A DNA stretch of 64,000 nt from Eledone cirrhosa (GCA_964016885.1 OZ024752.1:25110001-25174000), one strand, 5' to 3'. Positions 13,156-28,745 are shown, numbered from the stretch's first letter. Notes: generated by a model not told the origin, from the sequence alone. Program-made: numbers and translations.

Positions 13156-16100
13156 AGGGTAGGCTTGATCGGACGAGCTCGAAGAAAACGATTCCGGGTG
13201 CTACCCGTCGAGAGTCGTGAATATTCCGTTTACAAGACGGGTACGTGCCGGCCTACCCTATGCTATGACGGATGTCTCCGCCTCGACGACATGCCGTCTA
13301 GAACTCGTCCGCCCCGCCTGCACGTTAACGCCCGCCCTCCGCCTCCGATGCCGTGTTCCGCCTCCGATGCGTGTTCTGCCCGTAAAGTCTTGCCAACTTG
13401 GCCGCCTCCGACCCGTGTGTGGCTGCAGGGGAATCCAGCCGACGACGACGCCTGGACGGGGCGTCGTGGTGGTAGCTTGGCTTGGTCGATGCGACGACAA
13501 CACGCCGCCCAAACTTGCTTCCTTCGGGGAGGCCCCGCGTAGACGGCGGAAAGAAATCCATTCCGCCGGCTAGGCGGTTCCGCCGCCGACCCGTACTTTT
13601 ACGAGTAGCTGCCGGGAAAGAGAGGCGGCAAGACGGCGTGTATACCCGTCGCGAGGCGAAGTTCCGCGACGCGACACGACGCCTTCCGTCTTCCGCCTCG
13701 AACCCGGCAAACGTTCTCGCCCCTTGCCGCTTCGATGGCGAGAAAGTTCGCAACCCGCCGGCGAGGCGTATCCGCCGCCGACCCGTAGGGCTGCGCAACG
13801 CCTGCGGGGAATACCACCGAGTAGGGATTTTGCAGCACGGCCAGGGGGTTCTGTCTATTATATAGGGTAGGCTTGATCGGACGAGCTCGAAGAAAACGAT
13901 TCCGGGTGCTACCCGTCGAGAGTCGTGAATATTCCGTTTACAAGACGGGTACGTGCCGGCCTACCCTATGCTATGACGGATGTCTCCGCCTCGACGACAT
14001 GCCGTCTAGAACTCGTCCGCCCCGCCTGCACGTTAACGCCCGCCCTCCGCCTCCGATGCCGTGTTCCGCCTCCGATGCGTGTTCTGCCCGTAAAGTCTTG
14101 CCAACTTGGCCGCCTCCGACCCGTGTGTGGCTGCAGGGGAATCCAGCCGACGACGACGCCCGGACGGGGCGTCGTGGTGGTAGCTTGGCTTGGTCGATGC
14201 GACGACAACACGCCGCCCAAACTTGCTTCCTTCGGGGAGGCCCCGCGTAGACGGCGGAAAGAAATCCATTCCGCCGGCTAGGCGGTTCCGCCGCCGACCC
14301 GTACTTTTACGAGTAGCTGCCGGGAAAGAGAGGCGGCAAGACGGCGTGTATACCCGTCGCGAGGCGAAGTTCCGCGACGCGACACGACGCCTTCCGTCTT
14401 CCGCCTCGAACCCGGCAAACGTTCTCGCCCCTTGCCGCTTCGATGGCGAGAAAGTTCGCAACCCGCCGGCGAGGCGTATCCGCCGCCGACCCGTAGGGCT
14501 GCGCAACGCCTGCGGGGAATACCACCGAGTAGGGATTTTGCAGCACGGCCAGGGGGTTCTGTCTATTATATAGGGTAGGCTTGATCGGACGAGCTCGAAG
14601 AAAACGATTCCGGGTGCTACCCGTCGAGAGTCGTGAATATTCCGTTTACAAGACGGGTACGTGCCGGCCTACCCTATGCTATGACGGATGTCTCCGCCTC
14701 GACGACATGCCGTCTAGAACTCGTCCGCCCCGCCTGCACGTTAACGCCCGCCCTCCGCCTCCGATGCCGTGTTCCGCCTCCGATGCGTGTTCTGCCCGTA
14801 AAGTCTTGCCAACTTGGCCGCCTCCGACCCGTGTGTGGCTGCAGGGGAATCCAGCCGACGACGACGCCCGGACGGGGCGTCGTGGTGGTAGCTTGGCTTG
14901 GTCGATGCGACGACAACACGCCGCCCAAACTTGCTTCCTTCGGGGAGGCCCCGCGTAGACGGCGGAAAGAAATCCATTCCGCCGGCTAGGCGGTTCCGCC
15001 GCCGACCCGTACTTTTACGAGTAGCTGCCGGGAAAGAGAGGCGGCAAGACGGCGTGTATACCCGTCGCGAGGCGAAGTTCCGCGACGCGACACGACGCCT
15101 TCCGTCTTCCGCCTCGAACCCGGCAAACGTTCTCGCCCCTTGCCGCTTCGATGGCGAGAAAGTTCGCAACCCGCCGGCGAGGCGTATCCGCCGCCGACCC
15201 GTAGGGCTGCGCAACGCCTGCGGGGAATACCACCGAGTAGGGATTTTGCAGCACGGCCAGGGGGTTCTGTCTATTATATAGGGTAGGCTTGATCGGACGA
15301 GCTCGAAGAAAACGATTCCGGGTGCTACCCGTCGAGAGTCGTGAATATTCCGTTTACAAGACGGGTACGTGCCGGCCTACCCTATGCTATGACGGATGTC
15401 TCCGCCTCGACGACATGCCGTCTAGAACTCGTCCGCCCCGCCTGCACGTTAACGCCCGCCCTCCGCCTCCGATGCCGTGTTCCGCCTCCGATGCGTGTTC
15501 TGCCCGTAAAGTCTTGCCAACTTGGCCGCCTCCGACCCGTGTGTGGCTGCAGGGGAATCCAGCCGACGACGACGCCCGGACGGGGCGTCGTGGTGGTAGC
15601 TTGGCTTGGTCGATGCGACGACAACACGCCGCCCAAACTTGCTTCCTTCGGGGAGGCCCCGCGTAGACGGCGGAAAGAAATCCATTCCGCCGGCTAGGCG
15701 GTTCCGCCGCCGACCCGTACTTTTACGAGTAGCTGCCGGGAAAGAGAGGCGGCAAGACGGCGTGTATACCCGTCGCGAGGCGAAGTTCCGCGACGCGACA
15801 CGACGCCTTCCGTCTTCCGCCTCGAACCCGGCAAACGTTCTCGCCCCTTGCCGCTTCGATGGCGAGAAAGTTCGCAACCCGCCGGCGAGGCGTATCCGCC
15901 GCCGACCCGTAGGGCTGCGCAACGCCTGCGGGGAATACCACCGAGTAGGGATTTTGCAGCACGGCCAGGGGGTTCTGTCTATTATATAGGGTAGGCTTGA
16001 TCGGACGAGCTCGAAGAAAACGATTCCGGGTGCTACCCGTCGAGAGTCGTGAATATTCCGTTTACAAGACGGGTACGTGCCGGCCTACCCTATGCTATGA

Positions 16101-19100
16101 CGGATGTCTCCGCCTCGACGACATGCCGTCTAGAACTCGTCCGCCCCGCCTGCACGTTAACGCCCGCCCTCCGCCTCCGATGCCGTGTTCCGCCTCCGAT
16201 GCGTGTTCTGCCCGTAAAGTCTTGCCAACTTGGCCGCCTCCGACCCGTGTGTGGCTGCAGGGGAATCCAGCCGACGACGACGCCCGGACGGGGCGTCGTG
16301 GTGGTAGCTTGGCTTGGTCGATGCGACGACAACACGCCGCCGCCCAAACTTGCTTCCTTCGGGGAGGCCCCGCGTAGACGGCGGAAAGAAATCCATTCCG
16401 CCGGCTAGGCGGTTCCGCCGCCGACCCGTACTTTTACGAGTAGCTGCCGGGAAAGAGAGGCGGCAAGACGGCGTGTATACCCGTCGCGAGGCGAAGTTCC
16501 GCGACGCGACACGACGCCTTCCGTCTTCCGCCTCGAACCCGGCAAACGTTCTCGCCCCTTGCCGCTTCGATGGCGAGAAAGTTCGCAACCCGCCGGCGAG
16601 GCGTATCCGCCGCCGACCCGTAGGGCTGCGCAACGCCTGCGGGGAATACCACCGAGTAGGGATTTTGCAGCACGGCCAGGGGGTTCTGTCTATTATATAG
16701 GGTAGGCTTGATCGGACGAGCTCGAAGAAAACGATTCCGGGTGCTACCCGTCGAGAGTCGTGAATATTCCGTTTACAAGACGGGTACGTGCCGGCCTACC
16801 CTATGCTATGACGGATGTCTCCGCCTCGACGACATGCCGTCTAGAACTCGTCCGCCCCGCCTGCACGTTAACGCCCGCCCTCCGCCTCCGATGCCGTGTT
16901 CCGCCTCCGATGCGTGTTCTGCCCGTAAAGTCTTGCCAACTTGGCCGCCTCCGACCCGTGTGTGGCTGCAGGGGAATCCAGCCGACGACGACGCCCGGAC
17001 GGGGCGTCGTGGTGGTAGCTTGGCTTGGTCGATGCGACGACAACACGCCGCCCAAACTTGCTTCCTTCGGGGAGGCCCCGCGTAGACGGCGGAAAGAAAT
17101 CCATTCCGCCGGCTAGGCGGTTCCGCCGCCGACCCGTACTTTTACGAGTAGCTGCCGGGAAAGAGAGGCGGCAAGACGGCGTGTATACCCGTCGCGAGGC
17201 GAAGTTCCGCGACGCGACACGACGCCTTCCGTCTTCCGCCTCGAACCCGGCAAACGTTCTCGCCCCTTGCCGCTTCGATGGCGAGAAAGTTCGCAACCCG
17301 CCGGCGAGGCGTATCCGCCGCCGACCCGTAGGGCTGCGCAACGCCTGCGGGGAATACCACCGAGTAGGGATTTTGCAGCACGGCCAGGGGGTTCTGTCTA
17401 TTATATAGGGTAGGCTTGATCGGACGAGCTCGAAGAAAACGATTCCGGGTGCTACCCGTCGAGAGTCGTGAATATTCCGTTTACAAGACGGGTACGTGCC
17501 GGCCTACCCTATGCTATGACGGATGTCTCCGCCTCGACGACATGCCGTCTAGAACTCGTCCGCCCCGCCTGCACGTTAACGCCCGCCCTCCGCCTCCGAT
17601 GCCGTGTTCCGCCTCCGATGCGTGTTCTGCCCGTAAAGTCTTGCCAACTTGGCCGCCTCCGACCCGTGTGTGGCTGCAGGGGAATCCAGCCGACGACGAC
17701 GCCCGGACGGGGCGTCGTGGTGGTAGCTTGGCTTGGTCGATGCGACGACAACACGCCGCCCAAACTTGCTTCCTTCGGGGAGGCCCCGCGTAGACGGCGG
17801 AAAGAAATCCATTCCGCCGGCTAGGCGGTTCCGCCGCCGACCCGTACTTTTACGAGTAGCTGCCGGGAAAGAGAGGCGGCAAGACGGCGTGTATACCCGT
17901 CGCGAGGCGAAGTTCCGCGACGCGACACGACGCCTTCCGTCTTCCGCCTCGAACCCGGCAAACGTTCTCGCCCCTTGCCGCTTCGATGGCGAGAAAGTTC
18001 GCAACCCGCCGGCGAGGCGTATCCGCCGCCGACCCGTAGGGCTGCGCAACGCCTGCGGGGAATACCACCGAGTAGGGATTTTGCAGCACGGCCAGGGGGT
18101 TCTGTCTATTATATAGGGTAGGCTTGATCGGACGAGCTCGAAGAAAACGATTCCGGGTGCTACCCGTCGAGAGTCGTGAATATTCCGTTTACAAGACGGG
18201 TACGTGCCGGCCTACCCTATGCTATGACGGATGTCTCCGCCTCGACGACATGCCGTCTAGAACTCGTCCGCCCCGCCTGCACGTTAACGCCCGCCCTCCG
18301 CCTCCGATGCCGTGTTCCGCCTCCGATGCGTGTTCTGCCCGTAAAGTCTTGCCAACTTGGCCGCCTCCGACCCGTGTGTGGCTGCAGGGGAATCCAGCCG
18401 ACGACGACGCCCGGACGGGGCGTCGTGGTGGTAGCTTGGCTTGGTCGATGCGACGACAACACGCCGCCCAAACTTGCTTCCTTCGGGGAGGCCCCGCGTA
18501 GACGGCGGAAAGAAATCCATTCCGCCGGCTAGGCGGTTCCGCCGCCGACCCGTACTTTTACGAGTAGCTGCCGGGAAAGAGAGGCGGCAAGACGGCGTGT
18601 ATACCCGTCGCGAGGCGAAGTTCCGCGACGCGACACGACGCCTTCCGTCTTCCGCCTCGAACCCGGCAAACGTTCTCGCCCCTTGCCGCTTCGATGGCGA
18701 GAAAGTTCGCAACCCGCCGGCGAGGCGTATCCGCCGCCGACCCGTAGGGCTGCGCAACGCCTGCGGGGAATACCACCGAGTAGGGATTTTGCAGCACGGC
18801 CAGGGGGTTCTGTCTATTATATAGGGTAGGCTTGATCGGACGAGCTCGAAGAAAACGATTCCGGGTGCTACCCGTCGAGAGTCGTGAATATTCCGTTTAC
18901 AAGACGGGTACGTGCCGGCCTACCCTATGCTATGACGGATGTCTCCGCCTCGACGACATGCCGTCTAGAACTCGTCCGCCCCGCCTGCACGTTAACGCCC
19001 GCCCTCCGCCTCCGATGCCGTGTTCCGCCTCCGATGCGTGTTCTGCCCGTAAAGTCTTGCCAACTTGGCCGCCTCCGACCCGTGTGTGGCTGCAGGGGAA

Positions 19101-22100
19101 TCCAGCCGACGACGACGCCTGGACGGGGCGTCGTGGTGGTAGCTTGGCTTGGTCGATGCGACGACAACACGCCGCCCAAACTTGCTTCCTTCGGGGAGGC
19201 CCCGCGTAGACGGCGGAAAGAAATCCATTCCGCCGGCTAGGCGGTTCCGCCGCCGACCCGTACTTTTACGAGTAGCTGCCGGGAAAGAGAGGCGGCAAGA
19301 CGGCGTGTATACCCGTCGCGAGGCGAAGTTCCGCGACGCGACACGACGCCTTCCGTCTTCCGCCTCGAACCCGGCAAACGTTCTCGCCCCTTGCCGCTTC
19401 GATGGCGAGAAAGTTCGCAACCCGCCGGCGAGGCGTATCCGCCGCCGACCCGTAGGGCTGCGCAACGCCTGCGGGGAATACCACCGAGTAGGGATTTTGC
19501 AGCACGGCCAGGGGGTTCTGTCTATTATATAGGGTAGGCTTGATCGGACGAGCTCGAAGAAAACGATTCCGGGTGCTACCCGTCGAGAGTCGTGAATATT
19601 CCGTTTACAAGACGGGTACGTGCCGGCCTACCCTATGCTATGACGGATGTCTCCGCCTCGACGACATGCCGTCCAGAACTCGTCCGCCCCGCCTGCACGT
19701 TAACGCCCGCCCTCCGCCTCCGATGCTGTGTTCCGCCTCCGATGCGTGTTCTGCCCGTAAAGTCTTGCCAACTTGGCCGCCTCCGACCCGTGTGTGGCTG
19801 CAGGGGAATCCAGCCGACGACGACGCCCGGACGGGGCGTCGTGGTGGTAGCTTGGTCGATGCGACGACAACACGCCGCCAACTTGCTTCCTTCGGGGAGG
19901 CCCCGTGTAGACGGCGGAAAGAAATCCATTCCGCCGGCTAGGCGGTTCCGCCGCCGACCCGTACTTTTACGAGTAGCTGCCGGGAAAGAGAGGCGGCAAG
20001 ACGGCGTGTATACCCGTCGCGAGGCGAAGTTCCGCGACGCGACACGACGCCTTCCGTCTTCCGCCTCGAACCCGGCAAACGTTCCTTTATTCGTTCTCGC
20101 CTTGCCGCTTCGATGGCGAGAAAGTTCGCAACCCGCCGGCGAGGCGTATCCGCCGCCGACCCGTAGGGCTGCGCAACGCCTGCGGGGAATACCACCGAGT
20201 AGGGATTTTGCAGCACGGCCAGGGGGTTCTGTCTATTATATAGGGTAGGCTTGATCGGACGAGCTCGAAGAAAACGATTCCGGGTGCTACCCGTCGAGAG
20301 TCGTGAATATTCCGTTTACAAGACGGGTACGTGCCGGCCTACCCTATGCTATGACGGATGTCTCCGCCTCGACGACATGCCGTCTAGAACTCGTCCGCCC
20401 CGCCTGCACGTTAACGCCCGCGCTCCGTCTTCCGCCTCCGATGCGTGTTCTGCCCGTAAAGTCTTGCCAACTTGGCCGCCTCCGACCCGTGTGTGGCTGC
20501 AGGGGAATCCAGCCGACGACGACGCCCGGACGGGGCGTCGTGGTGGTAGCTTGGCTTGGTCGATGCGACGACAACACGCCGCCCAAACTTGCTTCCTTCG
20601 GGGAGGCCCCGTGTAGACGGCGGAAAGAAATCCATTCCGCCGGCTAGGCGGTTCCGCCGCCGACCCGTACTTTTACGAGTAGCTGCCGGGAAAGAGAGGC
20701 GGCAAGACGGCGTGTATACCCGTCGCGAGGCGAAGTTCCGCGACGCGACACGACGCCTTCCGTCTTCCGCCTCGAACCCGGCAAACGTTCTCGCCCTTGC
20801 CGCTTCGATGGCGAGAAAAGTTCGCAACCCGCCGGCGAGGCGTATCCGCCGCCGACCCGTAGGGCTGCGCAACGCCTGCGGGGAATACCACCGAGTAGGG
20901 ATTTTGCAGCACGGCCAGGGGGTTCTGTCTATTATATAGGGTAGGCTTGATCGGACGAGCTCGAAGAAAACGATTCCGGGTGCTACCCGTCGAGAGTCGT
21001 GAATATTCCGTTTACAAGACGGGTACGTGCCGGCCTACCCTATGCTATGACGGATGTCTCCGCCTCGACGACATGCCGTCTAGAACTCGTCCGCCCCGCC
21101 TGCACGTTAACGCCCGCCCTCCGCCTCCGATGCTGTGTTCCGCCTCCGATGCGTGTTCTGCCCGTAAAGTCTTGCCAACTTGGCCGCCTCCGACCCGTGT
21201 GTGGCTGCAGGGGAATCCAGCCGACGACGACGCCCGGACGGGGCGTCGTGGTGGTAGCTTGGTCGATGCGACGACAACACGCCGCCAACTTGCTTCCTTC
21301 GGGGAGGCCCCGTGTAGACGGCGGAAAGAAATCCATTCCGCCGGCTAGGCGGTTCCGCCGCCGACCCGTACTTTTACGAGTAGCTGCCGGGAAAGAGAGG
21401 CGGCAAGACGGCGTGTATACCCGTCGCGAGGCGAAGTTCCGCGACGCGACACGACGCCTTCCGTCTTCCGCCTCGAACCCGGCAAACGTTCCTTTATTCG
21501 TTCTCGCCTTGCCGCTTCGATGGCGAGAAAGTTCGCAACCCGCCGGCGAGGCGTATCCGCCGCCGACCCGTAGGGCTGCGCAACGCCTGCGGGGAATACC
21601 ACCGAGTAGGGATTTTGCAGCACGGCCAGGGGGTTCTGTCTATTATATAGGGTAGGCTTGATCGGACGAGCTCGAAGAAAACGATTCCGGGTGCTACCCG
21701 TCGAGAGTCGTGAATATTCCGTTTACAAGACGGGTACGTGCCGGCCTACCCTATGCTATGACGGATGTCTCCGCCTCGACGACATGCCGTCTAGAACTCG
21801 TCCGCCCCGCCTGCACGTTAACGCCCGCGCTCCGTCTTCCGCCTCCGATGCGTGTTCTGCCCGTAAAGTCTTGCCAACTTGGCCGCCTCCGACCCGTGTG
21901 TGGCTGCAGGGGAATCCAGCCGACGACGACGCCCGGACGGGGCGTCGTGGTGGTAGCTTGGCTTGGTCGATGCGACGACAACACGCCGCCCAAACTTGCT
22001 TCCTTCGGGGAGGCCCCGTGTAGACGGCGGAAAGAAATCCATTCCGCCGGCTAGGCGGTTCCGCCGCCGACCCGTACTTTTACGAGTAGCTGCCGGGAAA

Positions 22101-25100
22101 GAGAGGCGGCAAGACGGCGTGTATACCCGTCGCGAGGCGAAGTTCCGCGACGCGACGCGACACGACGCCTTCCGTCTTCCGCCTCGAACCCGGCAAACGT
22201 TCCTTTATTCGTTCTCGCCTTGCCGCTTCGATGGCGAGAAAGTTCGCAACCCGCCGGCGAGGCGTATCCGCCGCCGACCCGTAGGGCTGCGCAACGCCTG
22301 CGGGGAATACCACCGAGTAGGGATTTTGCAGCACGGCCAGGGGGTTCTGTCTATTATATAGGGTAGGCTTGATCGGACGAGCTCGAAGAAAACGATTCCG
22401 GGTGCTACCCGTCGAGAGTCGTGAATATTCCGTTTTCAAGACGGGTACGTGCCGGCCTACCCTATGCTATGACGGATGTCTCCGCCTCGACGACATGCCG
22501 TCTAGAACTCGTCCGCCCCGCCTGCACGTTAACGCCCGCCCTCCGCCTCCGATGCGTGTTCCGCCTCCGATGCGTGTTCTGCCCGTAAAGTCTTGCCAAC
22601 TTGGCCGCCTCCGACCCGTGTGTGGCTGCAGGGGAATCCAGCCGACGACGACGCCCGGACGGGGCGTCGTGGTGGTAGCTTGGCTTGGTCGATGCGACGA
22701 CAACACGCCGCCCAAACTTGCTTCCTTCGGGGAGGCCCCGTGTAGACGGCGGAAAGAAATCCATTCCGCCGGCTAGGCGGTTCCGCCGCCGACCCGTACT
22801 TTTACGAGTAGCTGCCGGGAAAGAGAGGCGGCAAGACGGCGTGTATACCCGTCGCGAGGCGAAGTTCCGCGACGCGACACGACGCCTTCCGTCTTCCGCC
22901 TCACAACCCGGCAAACGTTCTCGCCCTTGCCGCTTCGATGGCGAGAAAGTTCGCAACCCGCCGGCGAGGCGTATCCGCCGCCGACCCGTAGGGCTGCGCA
23001 ACGCCTGCGGGGAATACCACCGAGTAGGGATTTTGCAGCACGGCCAGGGGGTTCTGTCTATTATATAGGGTAGGCTTGATCGGACGAGCTCGAAGAAAAC
23101 GATTCCGGGTGCTACCCGTCGAGAGTCGTGAATATTCCGTTTACAAGACGGGTACGTGCCGGCCTACCCTATGCTATGACGGATGTCTCCGCCTCGACGA
23201 CATGCCGTCTAGAACTCGTCCGCCCCGCCTGCACGTTAACGCCCGCCCTCCGCCTCCGATGCCGTGTTCCGCCTCCGATGCGTGTTCTGCCCGTAAAGTC
23301 TTGCCAACTTGGCCGCCTCCGACCCGTGTGTGGCTGCAGGGGAATCCAGCCGACGACGACGCCCGGACGGGGCGTCGTGGTGGTAGCTTGGCTTGGTCGA
23401 TGCGACGACAACACGCCGCCCAAACTTGCTTCCTTCGGGGAGGCCCCGTGTAGACGGCGGAAAGAAATCCATTCCGCCGGCTAGGCGGTTCCGCCGCCGA
23501 CCCGTACTTTTACGAGTAGCTGCCGGGAAAGAGATGCGGCAAGACGGCGTGTATACCCGTCGCGAGGCGAAGTTCCGCGACGCGACACGACGCCTTCCGT
23601 CTTCCGCCTCGAACCCGGCAAACGTTCCTTTATTCGTTCTCGCCTTGCCGCTTCGATGGCGAGAAAGTTCGCAACCCGCCGGCGAGGCGTATCCGCCGCC
23701 GACCCGTAGGGCTGCGCAACGCCTGCGGGGAATACCACCGAGTAGGGATTTTGCAGCACGGCCAGGGGGTTCTGTCTATTATATAGGGTAGGCTTGATCG
23801 GACGAGCTCGAAGAAAACGATTCCGGGTGCTACCCGTCGAGAGTCGTGAATATTCCGTTTACAAGACGGGTACGTGCCGGCCTACCCTATGCTATGACGG
23901 ATGTCTCCGCCTCGACGACATGCCGTCTAGAACTCGTCCGCCCCGCCTGCACGTTAACGCCCGCGCTCCGTCTTCCGCCTCCGATGCGTGTTCTGCCCGT
24001 AAAGTCTTGCCAACTTGGCCGCCTCCGACCCGTGTGTGGCTGCAGGGGAATCCAGCCGACGACGACGCCCGGACGGGGCGTCGTGGTGGTAGCTTGGCTT
24101 GGTCGATGCGACGACAACACGCCGCCCAAACTTGCTTCCTTCGGGGAGGCCCCGTGTAGACGGCGGAAAGAAATCCATTCCGCCGGCTAGGCGGTTCCGC
24201 CGCCGACCCGTACTTTTACGAGTAGCTGCCGGGAAAGAGAGGCGGCAAGACGGCGTGTATACCCGTCGCGAGGCGAAGTTCCGCGACGCGACACGACGCC
24301 TTCCGTCTTCCGCCTCGAACCCGGCAAACGTTCCTTTATTCGTTCTCGCCCTTGCCGCTTCGATGGCGAGAAAGTTCGCAACCCGCCGGCGAGGCGTATC
24401 CGCCGCCGACCCGTAGGGCTGCGCAACGCCTGCGGGGAATACCACCGAGTAGGGATTTTGCAGCACGGCCAGGGGGTTCTGTCTATTATATAGGGTAGGC
24501 TTGATCGGACGAGCTCGAAGAAAACGATTCCGGGTGCTACCCGTCGAGAGTCGTGAATATTCCGTTTACAAGACGGGTACGTGCCGGCCTACCCTATGCT
24601 ATGACGGATGTCTCCGCCTCGACGACATGCCGTCTAGAACTCGTCCGCCCCGCCTGCACGTTAACGCCCGCCCTCCGCCTCCGATGCCGTGTTCCGCCTC
24701 CGATGCGTGTTCTGCCCGTAAAGTCTTGCCAACTTGGCCGCCTCCGACCCGTGTGTGGCTGCAGGGGAATCCAGCCGACGACGACGCCCGGACGGGGCGT
24801 CGTGGTGGTAGCTTGGCTTGGTCGATGCGACGACAACACGCCGCCCAAACTTGCTTCCTTCGGGGAGGCCCCGCGTAGACGGCGGAAAGAAATCCATTCC
24901 GCCGGCTAGGCGGTTCCGCCGCCGACCCGTACTTTTACGAGTAGCTGCCGGGAAAGAGAGGCGGCAAGACGGCGTGTATACCCGTCGCGAGGCGAAGTTC
25001 CGCGACGCGACACGACGCCTTCCGTCTTCCGCCTCGAACCCGGCAAACGTTCTCGCCCCTTGCCGCTTCGATGGCGAGAAAGTTCGCAACCCGCCGGCGA

Positions 25101-28100
25101 GGCGTATCCGCCGCCGACCCGTAGGGCTGCGCAACGCCTGCGGGGAATACCACCGAGTAGGGATTTTGCAGCACGGCCAGGGGGTTCTGTCTATTATATA
25201 GGGTAGGCTTGATCGGACGAGCTCGAAGAAAACGATTCCGGGTGCTACCCGTCGAGAGTCGTGAATATTCCGTTTACAAGACGGGTACGTGCCGGCCTAC
25301 CCTATGCTATGACGGATGTCTCCGCCTCGACGACATGCCGTCTAGAACTCGTCCGCCCCGCCTGCACGTTAACGCCCGCCCTCCGCCTCCGATGCCGTGT
25401 TCCGCCTCCGATGCGTGTTCTGCCCGTAAAGTCTTGCCAACTTGGCCGCCTCCGACCCGTGTGTGGCTGCAGGGGAATCCAGCCGACGACGACGCCCGGA
25501 CGGGGCGTCGTGGTGGTAGCTTGGCTTGGTCGATGCGACGACAACACGCCGCCGCCCAAACTTGCTTCCTTCGGGGAGGCCCCGCGTAGACGGCGGAAAG
25601 AAATCCATTCCGCCGGCTAGGCGGTTCCGCCGCCGACCCGTACTTTTACGAGTAGCTGCCGGGAAAGAGAGGCGGCAAGACGGCGTGTATACCCGTCGCG
25701 AGGCGAAGTTCCGCGACGCGACACGACGCCTTCCGTCTTCCGCCTCGAACCCGGCAAACGTTCTCGCCCCTTGCCGCTTCGATGGCGAGAAAGTTCGCAA
25801 CCCGCCGGCGAGGCGTATCCGCCGCCGACCCGTAGGGCTGCGCAACGCCTGCGGGGAATACCACCGAGTAGGGATTTTGCAGCACGGCCAGGGGGTTCTG
25901 TCTATTATATAGGGTAGGCTTGATCGGACGAGCTCGAAGAAAACGATTCCGGGTGCTACCCGTCGAGAGTCGTGAATATTCCGTTTACAAGACGGGTACG
26001 TGCCGGCCTACCCTATGCTATGACGGATGTCTCCGCCTCGACGACATGCCGTCTAGAACTCGTCCGCCCCGCCTGCACGTTAACGCCCGCCCTCCGCCTC
26101 CGATGCCGTGTTCCGCCTCCGATGCGTGTTCTGCCCGTAAAGTCTTGCCAACTTGGCCGCCTCCGACCCGTGTGTGGCTGCAGGGGAATCCAGCCGACGA
26201 CGACGCCCGGACGGGGCGTCGTGGTGGTAGCTTGGCTTGGTCGATGCGACGACAACACGCCGCCGCCCAAACTTGCTTCCTTCGGGGAGGCCCCGCGTAG
26301 ACGGCGGAAAGAAATCCATTCCGCCGGCTAGGCGGTTCCGCCGCCGACCCGTACTTTTACGAGTAGCTGCCGGGAAAGAGAGGCGGCAAGACGGCGTGTA
26401 TACCCGTCGCGAGGCGAAGTTCCGCGACGCGACACGACGCCTTCCGTCTTCCGCCTCGAACCCGGCAAACGTTCTCGCCCCTTGCCGCTTCGATGGCGAG
26501 AAAGTTCGCAACCCGCCGGCGAGGCGTATCCGCCGCCGACCCGTAGGGCTGCGCAACGCCTGCGGGGAATACCACCGAGTAGGGATTTTGCAGCACGGCC
26601 AGGGGGTTCTGTCTATTATATAGGGTAGGCTTGATCGGACGAGCTCGAAGAAAACGATTCCGGGTGCTACCCGTCGAGAGTCGTGAATATTCCGTTTACA
26701 AGACGGGTACGTGCCGGCCTACCCTATGCTATGACGGATGTCTCCGCCTCGACGACATGCCGTCTAGAACTCGTCCGCCCCGCCTGCACGTTAACGCCCG
26801 CCCTCCGCCTCCGATGCCGTGTTCCGCCTCCGATGCGTGTTCTGCCCGTAAAGTCTTGCCAACTTGGCCGCCTCCGACCCGTGTGTGGCTGCAGGGGAAT
26901 CCAGCCGACGACGACGCCCGGACGGGGCGTCGTGGTGGTAGCTTGGCTTGGTCGATGCGACGACAACACGCCGCCCAAACTTGCTTCCTTCGGGGAGGCC
27001 CCGCGTAGACGGCGGAAAGAAATCCATTCCGCCGGCTAGGCGGTTCCGCCGCCGACCCGTACTTTTACGAGTAGCTGCCGGGAAAGAGAGGCGGCAAGAC
27101 GGCGTGTATACCCGTCGCGAGGCGAAGTTCCGCGACGCGACACGACGCCTTCCGTCTTCCGCCTCGAACCCGGCAAACGTTCTCGCCCCTTGCCGCTTCG
27201 ATGGCGAGAAAGTTCGCAACCCGCCGGCGAGGCGTATCCGCCGCCGACCCGTAGGGCTGCGCAACGCCTGCGGGGAATACCACCGAGTAGGGATTTTGCA
27301 GCACGGCCAGGGGGTTCTGTCTATTATATAGGGTAGGCTTGATCGGACGAGCTCGAAGAAAACGATTCCGGGTGCTACCCGTCGAGAGTCGTGAATATTC
27401 CGTTTACAAGACGGGTACGTGCCGGCCTACCCTATGCTATGACGGATGTCTCCGCCTCGACGACATGCCGTCTAGAACTCGTCCGCCCCGCCTGCACGTT
27501 AACGCCCGCCCTCCGCCTCCGATGCCGTGTTCCGCCTCCGATGCGTGTTCTGCCCGTAAAGTCTTGCCAACTTGGCCGCCTCCGACCCGTGTGTGGCTGC
27601 AGGGGAATCCAGCCGACGACGACGCCCGGACGGGGCGTCGTGGTGGTAGCTTGGCTTGGTCGATGCGACGACAACACGCCGCCCAAACTTGCTTCCTTCG
27701 GGGAGGCCCCGCGTAGACGGCGGAAAGAAATCCATTCCGCCGGCTAGGCGGTTCCGCCGCCGACCCGTACTTTTACGAGTAGCTGCCGGGAAAGAGAGGC
27801 GGCAAGACGGCGTGTATACCCGTCGCGAGGCGAAGTTCCGCGACGCGACACGACGCCTTCCGTCTTCCGCCTCGAACCCGGCAAACGTTCTCGCCCCTTG
27901 CCGCTTCGATGGCGAGAAAGTTCGCAACCCGCCGGCGAGGCGTATCCGCCGCCGACCCGTAGGGCTGCGCAACGCCTGCGGGGAATACCACCGAGTAGGG
28001 ATTTTGCAGCACGGCCAGGGGGTTCTGTCTATTATATAGGGTAGGCTTGATCGGACGAGCTCGAAGAAAACGATTCCGGGTGCTACCCGTCGAGAGTCGT

Positions 28101-28745
28101 GAATATTCCGTTTACAAGACGGGTACGTGCCGGCCTACCCTATGCTATGACGGATGTCTCCGCCTCGACGACATGCCGTCTAGAACTCGTCCGCCCCGCC
28201 TGCACGTTAACGCCCGCCCTCCGCCTCCGATGCCGTGTTCCGCCTCCGATGCGTGTTCTGCCCGTAAAGTCTTGCCAACTTGGCCGCCTCCGACCCGTGT
28301 GTGGCTGCAGGGGAATCCAGCCGACGACGACGCCCGGACGGGGCGTCGTGGTGGTAGCTTGGCTTGGTCGATGCGACGACAACACGCCGCCCAAACTTGC
28401 TTCCTTCGGGGAGGCCCCGCGTAGACGGCGGAAAGAAATCCATTCCGCCGGCTAGGCGGTTCCGCCGCCGACCCGTACTTTTACGAGTAGCTGCCGGGAA
28501 AGAGAGGCGGCAAGACGGCGTGTATACCCGTCGCGAGGCGAAGTTCCGCGACGCGACACGACGCCTTCCGTCTTCCGCCTCGAACCCGGCAAACGTTCTC
28601 GCCCCTTGCCGCTTCGATGGCGAGAAAGTTCGCAACCCGCCGGCGAGGCGTATCCGCCGCCGACCCGTAGGGCTGCGCAACGCCTGCGGGGAATACCACC
28701 GAGTAGGGATTTTGCAGCACGGCCAGGGGGTTCTGTCTATTATAT
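13156..28745 (+). repeat. Higher-order repeat block B (22 monomers, 15590 bp)
   Basis: The variant order recurs at an offset of 15590 bp: 13165/28755, 15997/31587, 18832/34422, 19540/35130, 20251/35841, 20947/36537. Confidence 0.85.
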